Shown here: piece after piece, positions 1 to 7,407 of the stretch
How the letters are laid out: every line of letters begins with the position of its first letter
Position numbering within the stretch: position 1 is the stretch's first letter
From: an archaeon
GTDB taxonomy: Archaea > Iainarchaeota > Iainarchaeia > Iainarchaeales > CSSED10-239
DNA length: 28,838 nt
Reading direction: 5' to 3'
NCBI GenBank assembly: GCA_041657425.1
Contig: JBBABY010000014.1
Coordinates: forward strand, 1 to 28,838
Translations under genes and position numbers: made by a program
Notes under the pieces: generated by a model
Databases searched by the model: none
Told to the model about the DNA's origin: nothing
Seen by the model: only the letters and a program-made list of their open reading frames with translations

Positions 1-206
1 ATTTAGAAGGAGATTACGTCTTAGGAAAAGATATAGATTTCTTTAATCCAAGTGATTGGACAAACCCCCCAGACGGTATTAACACAACAACAGACAATTG
101 GAATTCCGGAGAAGGATTTGCACCAATTGGCGATAGTAAATTTGCATTTTCCGGGGCTTTTGATGGAAATGGATTTACATTAACTAACTTATACATCAAT
201 AGACCA
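1..206 (+). repeat. Copy 1 of an intragenic direct repeat: nt 1-127 and 163-206 are identical to 826-952 and 991-1034
   Basis: Base-by-base comparison of the two stretches. The period is 825 nt before the divergent patch and 828 nt after it, because the second copy has one extra codon. Confidence 0.95.
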
Positions 207-1580
207 CTAAAAGAAGCTGTAGGATTATTTGGAATAGCTAATCGTGATTCAGTTATTACAAATACAAGATTAGAAGATGTAAATATTATTGGAGGCGCTT
301 ATGTAGGTGGATTAGTCGGAGTAAATTCAGGGAATTTAGATAAAAGTTATTCTACAGGAAATATTGTAGGAAATGACGAAGTAGGAGGATTAATCGGAAG
401 ATTAGTTAGTGGTACAATTGCAAATATGTATTCCACCGCTAATATCGTGACACATAACTCTATTGGAGGAGGATTAATTGGATTGGGATACGGTGGAACA
501 ATTAATTATTGTTATTCTGCGGGCGAAGTTAGTGGAAACACCGTTGGTGGATTGATTGGTTCTGTTGATAGTACAACATCTACTAACTGTTTCTGGGACA
601 CGGAAACTTCTAAGCAAAAAATAAGTGCTGGCAATGAAACAGGATTAACAACTATAGCTATGAAACAAGAAACCACATTTAGTGGGTGGAATTTTGTAAA
701 TGTGTGGGATATTAATGAAGAAATAACTTATCCATTCTTAAGAAATATTGAAAATGAAAGCTGTTCCTCTGGAGGAAACCCATATGTTATCTGTGTAGTT
801 GAAGATTTAGAAACCATCGCAAAAAATTTAGAAGGAGATTACGTCTTAGGAAAAGATATAGATTTCTTTAATCCAAGTGATTGGACAAACCCCCCAGACG
901 GTATTAACACAACAACAGACAATTGGAATTCCGGAGAAGGATTTGCACCAATAAGAGGGGGGGGGAAAGAGCAATTTGCGGGCTCTTTTAATGGAAATGG
1001 ATTTACATTAACTAACTTATACATCAATAGACCATCAGAAGACTTTGTGGGATTATTTGGGATTACAGATGCAGGTTCAATAATAAATGTAAGATTAGAA
1101 GATGTAAATATTGTTGGAGGAAATTATGTAGGTGGATTAGTTGGAGCAAATTCTGGAACTTTAGCTATAAGTTATTCTACAGGAACTGTTGAAGGTGCTG
1201 CTGCTGTTGGAGGATTAATTGGAAAATTTTCGAATGGTACAATCGCAAATGTATACTCTACAGCTAATGTTATAGTACACCAAGATATTGGAGGCGGATT
1301 AATTGGAGAAATAGTAACTGGAGAATTAAATAATAGTTATTCTGCAGGAGAAGTCAATGGCGATAAGGCCACCTATATTGGAGGATTAATTGGCAGAAAT
1401 GGTGATGGTATAATCACTAATTGTTTCTGGGATAAAGACACTTCTAAACAAGAAACTAGTGCTGGCTCTGAAATTGGATTGCACACTTCAGAAATGATGG
1501 ACTCAAAAATCTTTACTAACTGGGATTTTAAAGATATTTGGGATATTGTTGAATCAAAAACTTATCCTTTCTTAAGATAA
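1..1580 (+). CDS. GLUG-motif tandem-repeat surface/adhesin-like protein, 5' partial (ORF is open from the window edge in the frame of 426..1580)
   Basis: Frame 3 is open from nt 3 to the stop at 1578-1580. There are two ~275-aa modules, each with repeated GGLIG/GGLVG (GLUG-like) motifs. Each module ends in NCFWDxxTSKQxxSAGxExGLxT...WxFxxxWDIxExxTYPFLR. The second module restarts at EDLETIAKNLEGDYVLGKDIDFF, which is the sequence at the window start. Confidence 0.75.
   Translation, partial: LEGDYVLGKDIDFFNPSDWTNPPDGINTTTDNWNSGEGFAPIGDSKFAFSGAFDGNGFTLTNLYINRPLKEAVGLFGIANRDSVITNTRLEDVNIIGGAYVGGLVGVNSGNLDKSYSTGNIVGNDEVGGLIGRLVSGTIANMYSTANIVTHNSIGGGLIGLGYGGTINYCYSAGEVSGNTVGGLIGSVDSTTSTNCFWDTETSKQKISAGNETGLTTIAMKQETTFSGWNFVNVWDINEEITYPFLRNIENESCSSGGNPYVICVVEDLETIAKNLEGDYVLGKDIDFFNPSDWTNPPDGINTTTDNWNSGEGFAPIRGGGKEQFAGSFNGNGFTLTNLYINRPSEDFVGLFGITDAGSIINVRLEDVNIVGGNYVGGLVGANSGTLAISYSTGTVEGAAAVGGLIGKFSNGTIANVYSTANVIVHQDIGGGLIGEIVTGELNNSYSAGEVNGDKATYIGGLIGRNGDGIITNCFWDKDTSKQETSAGSEIGLHTSEMMDSKIFTNWDFKDIWDIVESKTYPFLR
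826..1034 (+). repeat. Copy 2 of the intragenic direct repeat; contains the divergent patch 953-990 with a G9 run
   Basis: 826-952 is identical to 1-127 and 991-1034 is identical to 163-206. The rest of the ~825-nt module is clearly more diverged. Confidence 0.95.
957..965 (+). repeat. G9 homopolymer inside the GLUG CDS (codons AGA GGG GGG GGG AAA = RGGGK)
   Basis: Read directly: ...accaataagagggggggggaaagagc... G is a minority base in this window. Confidence 0.95.
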
Positions 1581-1585
1581 ATTAA

Positions 1586-1750
1586 TTATAATCCTAAAAC
1601 CATTCTTAAAACTAGAACAAGTATTGCTATTCCTAAGGCAATTCCAATAACTACTTCTGGAGACATCTTTGGGCCACCAGTATTTTCTTTAAATCTCATA
1701 ATTCCAATCGCTGAGCTTGGACTTTGATTTGTTGTCTTTGAATTATTCAT
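1586..1750 (-). CDS. secG: Preprotein translocase subunit Sec61-beta / archaeal SecG (54 aa, below the ORF-track cutoff)
   Basis: Manual translation gives MNNSKTTNQSPSSAIGIMRFKENTGGPKMSPEVVIGIALGIAILVLVLRMVLGL. This has the S-x-G-(I/L)-(I/M)-R-(F/Y) motif followed by a single C-terminal TM helix, as in archaeal Sec61-beta. Confidence 0.75.
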   Translation of the reverse strand: MNNSKTTNQSPSSAIGIMRFKENTGGPKMSPEVVIGIALGIAILVLVLRMVLGL

Positions 1751-1850
1751 TTTCATAACTTTTCACATATTTTTTAAGTATTTCTATATAATCTTAAAAA
1801 CCAAAACCATTTTATATTAATCTATTTTATATTTTATTAGGGATTCAACT

Positions 1851-2771
1851 ATGGATGAAAAAACTTCCGAATATAAATGGCTTATAAGAATTGCATTTCT
1901 TGTAATAATTATAGTTATAGCATTGTTTGTATTTATATGGACGGGAACAATAAGATGTAGATCCATTCCTGGGGGCTGTGAAGTTTATTGGAGCGTTATG
2001 ACAATTGTGACTGGAAGAGAACAGCCTAGTGTTTTAATCTTGTATGACCCGCTAGATAAAAACGGACTTGGAAACCCAGAATTATTAAAATCATTATTAT
2101 CTGATAGAACAGGAATTTCAATACACCCATCAATTGCAGACATTAGATTTTTAAATTCTGAGCAATTAAAAAATGTAAGTTTAGTTATTGTTGAAAAAGC
2201 AAGAAAGATTTCAACAATACAAATGTTAACTATTCAAAATTTTGTGTCCCAAGGTGGAAGAGTTATTTGGATAGGCGATGCTGGCCAAGAAGCTGCTGGT
2301 GAAGAAGACTTACTGTATGTAGGGCCACTAAATCCTGAAAAAAATGGATGGATAAGAGTAACTGATGCAAATATCGTAATTTTCTTTAATAGATTTTTAG
2401 GAGTTAACTATGTAGATAATTTTTGTAATATAAGAGACTGTACAACTGGCGATCATTTTACTGGAAAATTAATTCCTACTTCTCAAACACATCCATTAAC
2501 TTATGGACTTAGATCTAATCTACAAATTTATGATAATTATTCGATTGTTAAATTAACAGAACCAAATCCTGTTCCATTAAAAGTAGATTATGGTTCTAGT
2601 TTATTTAATGATAAAGGGAAAAATTTTGGGGATATTTTTGATGTGATTGTTACAAGTAATTCTAATCTTGTTGCTTATTATGCAATACCTCCAGAATATG
2701 TTGCAGAACCAACAGATAAAGACAAATATTATTCAATAGTTTGGAATATGTTTGACGGAATGGTAAATTAA
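1851..2771 (+). CDS. Hypothetical N-terminally membrane-anchored protein, first gene of the pilus-like operon (weak resemblance to GATase1-like/DUF4350-type domains)
   Basis: 306-aa ORF with an N-terminal TM helix (WLIRIAFLVIIIVIALFVFIW). Segments VLILYDP...GGRVIWIGDAG...HPLTYGL are only loosely reminiscent of class-I amidotransferase-like folds. The gap to the next ORF is 2 nt. Confidence 0.5.
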   Translation: MDEKTSEYKWLIRIAFLVIIIVIALFVFIWTGTIRCRSIPGGCEVYWSVMTIVTGREQPSVLILYDPLDKNGLGNPELLKSLLSDRTGISIHPSIADIRFLNSEQLKNVSLVIVEKARKISTIQMLTIQNFVSQGGRVIWIGDAGQEAAGEEDLLYVGPLNPEKNGWIRVTDANIVIFFNRFLGVNYVDNFCNIRDCTTGDHFTGKLIPTSQTHPLTYGLRSNLQIYDNYSIVKLTEPNPVPLKVDYGSSLFNDKGKNFGDIFDVIVTSNSNLVAYYAIPPEYVAEPTDKDKYYSIVWNMFDGMVN

Positions 2772-2773
2772 AC

Positions 2774-3127
2774 ATGACCAAATCATTTGAAGTTGCAATT
2801 GCAATAATTTTACTATTGTGTTTTGTATTCTTCTTATTTGAAAGTGTTAGTCAGGAATATAAAAACACACCAATTCCTGAAGACCTAAAAAATGTAATTC
2901 TATTAAATGCAAAAAACTCAGAGTTTAGAGGACTTGTCGAAGAGTCAGATGTAGAGAATATTTATTCTTTATTATATCCACAAATGGACTATAAATTTAA
3001 TGTATCAATCTGTGAATGGTTAAGTACATCTTGTATTACTAAAGAATTAACTGGATTTACAAAAAAAAAAGAATTTGTATATTATTTTGCAGACTCTAAT
3101 AAGACATTACATATACAACTAAATTAG
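2774..3127 (+). CDS. Putative type IV pilin-like protein (class III signal-peptide-like N-terminus)
   Basis: The N-terminus is MTKS/FEVAIAIILLLCFVFFLF, a short charged leader followed by a hydrophobic helix. It is small (117 aa), carries N-x-S/T sequons and sits in the operon with a T4P-type ATPase. Ser at position -1 is atypical. Confidence 0.4.
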   Translation: MTKSFEVAIAIILLLCFVFFLFESVSQEYKNTPIPEDLKNVILLNAKNSEFRGLVEESDVENIYSLLYPQMDYKFNVSICEWLSTSCITKELTGFTKKKEFVYYFADSNKTLHIQLN

Positions 3128-3140
3128 ATGAGGAATATTA

Positions 3141-3617
3141 ATGCAGAAAGGATTTACGTATATAATTACGACAATGATGATTATTATATTAATAAGCGGA
3201 ATTGTTCTTATTAATAATCCTATTCGCAAAACAATAAATATCACTCCAAAAGTTTTAGCTAAAAACTACGAAATAGAATTTCTAAATCTTACAACTAATA
3301 ATCCAACTGCAGAAGACTTAAATAACCTTAATAAAAGATTTGAAAAATTTGTAAATAGTAATAATTATGATACAGGGATCTGTAGTATTGTTGAAACAGA
3401 AGACTACATCTTATTAAGTAACTTTACGGGAGTAGATTGTCAAATGATAATAGACGGGAACGAAAACCAACTAATTAATGATAACACAACTGTGACAATA
3501 GATAGATTTATAAATAATATGAATATATATTTATGTAGTTGTTATTATATTAGTGGAGAGAATATCTACTACATAGACATACATAATGAAGATTCAAAAA
3601 CAATATTAAAAAACTAG
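3141..3617 (+). CDS. Putative type IV pilin-like protein
   Basis: The N-terminus is MQKG/FTYIITTMMIIILISGIVLI, which fits the [KR]-G-F-T prepilin peptidase motif. A GAGGA Shine-Dalgarno lies 8 nt upstream. It has several sequons (NIT, NLT, NFT, NTT), as archaeal pilins do. Confidence 0.55.
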   Translation: MQKGFTYIITTMMIIILISGIVLINNPIRKTINITPKVLAKNYEIEFLNLTTNNPTAEDLNNLNKRFEKFVNSNNYDTGICSIVETEDYILLSNFTGVDCQMIIDGNENQLINDNTTVTIDRFINNMNIYLCSCYYISGENIYYIDIHNEDSKTILKN

Positions 3618-3627
3618 AGGTAATAAT

Positions 3628-4011
3628 ATGAAGGATGTTACAACGCTTTTAAATCAAATAGAAGAAAAGAGTAATGTTATTGTTGCAAAATTAGAATTAC
3701 TAAGATTTGCAGAAGAAGATGCTCAAACAATAAAAAAATCAATTGAAGGAATCAAAAAGAAATTAGATTCTGGAGAAATAAGTAAATTCTCTTATGCTAC
3801 AATGCTTGAAATGAACAAAAAAAGAGTAACTGACAATACCAATGCTAAAAAGAAAACTTGGGATGAAGTTGCAGAAGCAATTAACGAGATAAGTGATCTA
3901 TTAAATGATTTAAAAGATACTTATAATACAAAAACAGAATATGAGGGAGTAGACGAAATAAAAGGCCAAAGGCTTAAATTTAATCTATTTTTCTTTTATA
4001 TTTTAAACTGA
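3628..4011 (+). CDS. Hypothetical helical/coiled-coil protein of the pilus-like operon
   Basis: 127-aa ORF preceded by a GAGGT Shine-Dalgarno. It is K/E-rich and helical in character with a hydrophobic C-terminus (FNLFFFYILN). I recognise no family. Confidence 0.5.
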   Translation: MKDVTTLLNQIEEKSNVIVAKLELLRFAEEDAQTIKKSIEGIKKKLDSGEISKFSYATMLEMNKKRVTDNTNAKKKTWDEVAEAINEISDLLNDLKDTYNTKTEYEGVDEIKGQRLKFNLFFFYILN

Positions 4012-4026
4012 ATATAAAGATGAGCC

Positions 4027-6108
4027 ATGAAAATACCACAAGAAAAGGATGCTTCAAAGCTTGTTGACCTAATTCTTAATCTTAAAAATATTGAAAATAA
4101 AAGAACTTCTGAAGAAAAAAAACTTCTAGAAAAATTTTATAAAGAAGAAATTGATTCTAACGCACTAATTAAAGAGCTTAAAGAAAAAAAGCTTTTTGAA
4201 ACTTCTAAAAAGATAGATGCTGAGTTTGTTAAAACGATTTTTGAATATAACAATTTAATTTATCAAATAAGTACTGATTTAGAAAAAACCGATTATCATA
4301 AATTCACACTTGCAAAAAAATCAATAATCAAATTATTATTAAATGACTTATTCGACATCAGAGCTAGTACAAAAAAAGAACTTGAAGCAAAGAAAATAAA
4401 AATAAAAGAATTAGAAGAAAAAAAGAAAGAATTAAAAACACTAGAAGAAAAAAAGAAAACCATTCCAAAATTAAAAATGGTAGAAACTTCCGCAGTACCT
4501 ATAACTGCACATAAAAGTATATTTGAATTGATAAGCTCAGCAGTAGCTTTAAATAAAAAAGAAATTGCCGCAGAAAACTCAAAAAAACCAATAATTCCGG
4601 AAATTGCAAAAGGACCAGTTTTTGAAGAACCAAAAGAAGTACTTCCTGAAAACTATCAAGTATTAATTGAAGGCTTTGCATATGCTTTTGTTGAAGATAT
4701 AGATGGAGACAGAAGATACATAGTTGCAGAACCAGAATTGACTGCAGCAGAAGAAAAAATACTTATAGAAACAAAACAAGAATTAATAAATAAAATTTCA
4801 TTAATCGATCTTAAAGACGAATCACAATTACTTAAACTTGTTGACAAAATATTTAATAAAACTAAACTAAATGCACAACAGAAAACAAAAATAATGTATT
4901 ATGTTGGAAGACAAATAAAAGGCCTAGATATTATTGAACCATTAATGCATGATCCATTAATTGAAGATATTGAATGTGATGGAACAGGAATACCAATCTT
5001 TATTGTTCACAGAAAATACGGACATTTAGAAACAAATATTTTGTTTAAAGATGAAAAAGAATTACAACAGTTTGTTATTAAGATGGCTCACTTAAGTAAA
5101 AGTTATGTTTCTTATGCAAGCCCTTTACTTGATGCAATACTTCCAGACGGCTCTCGTATCAATGCAACATTAACAACTAATGTTTCTACCAGGGGGCCAA
5201 CATTTACTATTAGAAAATTCCCACAAAAACCATTAACTGCAATTGATCTAATCACAAGTGGAACATTAAATCCAATGATTGTAGCTTATATCTGGACAGT
5301 TATGGAATTTCAAAGAACAGTTCTTATTATTGGACCAACTGCTGGTGGAAAAACCACATTATTAAATGTAATAACTTCTTTTATCCCAACAGGCCGAAGA
5401 GTTGTTTCTATTGAAGATACTCGTGAAATTAATCTTTTACTTGACAACTGGATACCACAAGTAACAAGACCAGGTTTTGGACCACCAGACGGCAGTGGAA
5501 AAAAATATGGTGAAGTCACAATGCCTGACTTAATCAAAGAATCATTCAGACAAAGACCTGATTACTTGATCTTAGGTGAAGTTCGTGGAGAGGAAATGTC
5601 TGTCATGTTTCAAGGAATGGCTTCTGGTCACTGTTGTTTATCGACAGTTCACGCAAGAAGTCTAAATGACTTAGTTAACAGACTAATAACTCCTCCAATA
5701 TCACTTGAACCATCACTTTTAACATCACTTGACATAGTTATTGTCACGGGATTTCACGGAGGTAGTGAAGTTAAGAGAACCATTAAAGAAATTGATGAAA
5801 TAAGAGGTTTTAATGTACGTGATAACAAGATAGAATACAATGCAGTGTATAATCCTTCAGAAAAAGTACAAACAAAAGAAGGAGATTTATTCACAAGTGA
5901 ACTACCAATAACCTATAGAAGTGAAATACTTAAATCCGTTTCTAAAGAATACAATATTAACATTAATGATCTTCTTGAAATAATAAATAAAAGAATTAAA
6001 TTTATTGAAGACCTAGTTAAGAATCCACCAAAAGATTATGTGGATTTTAAATTAGCAGTAAATAAATACAAAAGGCAAGAAGGCGAGATTAGAGATAATT
6101 CTAAATAA
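4027..6108 (+). CDS. Type II/IV secretion system ATPase (GspE/PilB/FlaI-VirB11 superfamily) with a long K/E-rich N-terminal extension
   Basis: Walker A IIGPTAGGKTTLL, Asp box VVSIEDTREI, Walker B RPDYLILGEVRGEE and His box GHCCLSTVHA are all present. The FlaI-like N-domain motif RYIVAEPELTAAEE is also present. Confidence 0.9.
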   Translation: MKIPQEKDASKLVDLILNLKNIENKRTSEEKKLLEKFYKEEIDSNALIKELKEKKLFETSKKIDAEFVKTIFEYNNLIYQISTDLEKTDYHKFTLAKKSIIKLLLNDLFDIRASTKKELEAKKIKIKELEEKKKELKTLEEKKKTIPKLKMVETSAVPITAHKSIFELISSAVALNKKEIAAENSKKPIIPEIAKGPVFEEPKEVLPENYQVLIEGFAYAFVEDIDGDRRYIVAEPELTAAEEKILIETKQELINKISLIDLKDESQLLKLVDKIFNKTKLNAQQKTKIMYYVGRQIKGLDIIEPLMHDPLIEDIECDGTGIPIFIVHRKYGHLETNILFKDEKELQQFVIKMAHLSKSYVSYASPLLDAILPDGSRINATLTTNVSTRGPTFTIRKFPQKPLTAIDLITSGTLNPMIVAYIWTVMEFQRTVLIIGPTAGGKTTLLNVITSFIPTGRRVVSIEDTREINLLLDNWIPQVTRPGFGPPDGSGKKYGEVTMPDLIKESFRQRPDYLILGEVRGEEMSVMFQGMASGHCCLSTVHARSLNDLVNRLITPPISLEPSLLTSLDIVIVTGFHGGSEVKRTIKEIDEIRGFNVRDNKIEYNAVYNPSEKVQTKEGDLFTSELPITYRSEILKSVSKEYNININDLLEIINKRIKFIEDLVKNPPKDYVDFKLAVNKYKRQEGEIRDNSK

Positions 6109-6116
6109 AACTAATT

Positions 6117-7406
6117 TTACTTAAATGGATCTCTTTTATTCAATAAATATTCTGGGTCTATTTCTTTTGAATTAGTTTTTGTCTTTTTCTTCTTTATCTT
6201 ACTTTTTTTTATAAATATTATTATTCCTAGAATTGCTATTAAAGCAATAATGCCATAAATTAAATAATTTGAAATATCTTGATCTTCTAATTGTATAGTT
6301 CCTGCTTCCTTAATCTTTTTTACTTGGTTCTTTGCAAGTTTAATTTTAGTTATACTTTCTAAATATCTGCCTTTATTATATTGTTCTTTTAACTGAGAAT
6401 AATTTTGACTTAAATCCGAAACTGTCTTACTATCATTCCATAAATTTATTTGTTCTTCTCCTAGAATGTAATTTATAGATTCATCAAGAGTGCTTTTCAA
6501 ATCTGCATCAAAATTATATAATAATGCTTTAGCATTATAGTAATCTTGCCTAGATTTCAATATTTGCTTTAAAATTTCTACTTTACTTGTAGGTCCTGTT
6601 TTTTCAAAATCTGAAATTATTGAATTGTAAAATACACTTGTAGAAGAAATACTATCTGTAATTGTCCCTATATCTGAAGAAAGGGTTGTTGGTGCAGCGG
6701 TATAACTATAGATTATGTTTTTAGTAGTTTCATCTAATTTCTGGTCAGCAACAACTGGCTCCACAATCTCGATTGCAGAATCACTATAAGTCATTGCAGT
6801 AGCGATTAAAGAATTATATCCTGTAAATGAATTTTTATAAGAATAAATAAGATCATCTGTTTTGGAACAATCAGAAGTATCTAAAAACGTTGCTTGTTCT
6901 TTTTGTAATTTAACCAACTTTGTTTTCGTATCTTGTAACTGAGTTATTAACTGCTCTAATTTTTCTTTACTATTCTGGCATTTTAAATTAATACTTGAAG
7001 AATAATTAGATTTAATAATTCCATCAAGTCTTGCAGACTTTGATTTCAAACTAATTACCAAATTATCAATTTTATCGAACAATGGCTGGGCTAAAAAATT
7101 TGAACCAGTTTGCATTTTTATATTTCTATAAAGATGAACTGTTTTAATCAAGTCGTCTGAATCCTCTGAGATTACCTTTCCATTATTAGATTCTATTGGC
7201 AAGAAAAATATTAAGTTGGATTTACTATCAACAATTGTTATCATATAATATTCATTTGAATCACAATTTACATAATACAATCCAGAATCTAAAAACTCAT
7301 TTGATTGCATATAGTCTTTTGCTATGTCTTGAGCAGGATATATTGAAATTGCATTTACTATTGGAAATAACATTAATATTAATGCAATTATGATTAATTT
7401 TTTCAT
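6117..7406 (-). CDS. Hypothetical secreted protein with signal peptide and C-terminal TM anchor
   Basis: Signal peptide MKKLIIIALILMLFPIVNA, a long helical/coiled-coil middle region and a C-terminal TM (YLIYGIIALIAILGIIIFI) followed by a lysine-rich tail. Confidence 0.6.
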   Translation of the reverse strand: MKKLIIIALILMLFPIVNAISIYPAQDIAKDYMQSNEFLDSGLYYVNCDSNEYYMITIVDSKSNLIFFLPIESNNGKVISEDSDDLIKTVHLYRNIKMQTGSNFLAQPLFDKIDNLVISLKSKSARLDGIIKSNYSSSINLKCQNSKEKLEQLITQLQDTKTKLVKLQKEQATFLDTSDCSKTDDLIYSYKNSFTGYNSLIATAMTYSDSAIEIVEPVVADQKLDETTKNIIYSYTAAPTTLSSDIGTITDSISSTSVFYNSIISDFEKTGPTSKVEILKQILKSRQDYYNAKALLYNFDADLKSTLDESINYILGEEQINLWNDSKTVSDLSQNYSQLKEQYNKGRYLESITKIKLAKNQVKKIKEAGTIQLEDQDISNYLIYGIIALIAILGIIIFIKKSKIKKKKTKTNSKEIDPEYLLNKRDPFK

Positions 7407-7407
7407 T

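Noticed and set aside
1-952. The 127-nt identical pair considered as a possible diversity-generating retroelement template/variable repeat pair
   Set aside because: The copies are 100 percent identical rather than differing at adenine positions. Both lie inside the same tandemly repeated CDS. No reverse transcriptase gene is visible in the window.
14-1027. Minus-strand ORFs 14..199 and 839..1027, which have near-identical 61-62 aa products
   Set aside because: They are antisense shadows of the duplicated segment of the GLUG gene. Their similarity only reflects the plus-strand repeat, and the plus-strand frame has clear domain motifs.
4381-4460. Short periodic A-rich repeats (TAGAAGAAAAAAAGAAA twice at a 30-nt period), considered as a CRISPR-like or regulatory repeat
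   Set aside because: They lie in-frame inside the ATPase CDS, encode the LEEKKK heptad-like low-complexity sequence, occur only twice and have no spacer architecture.
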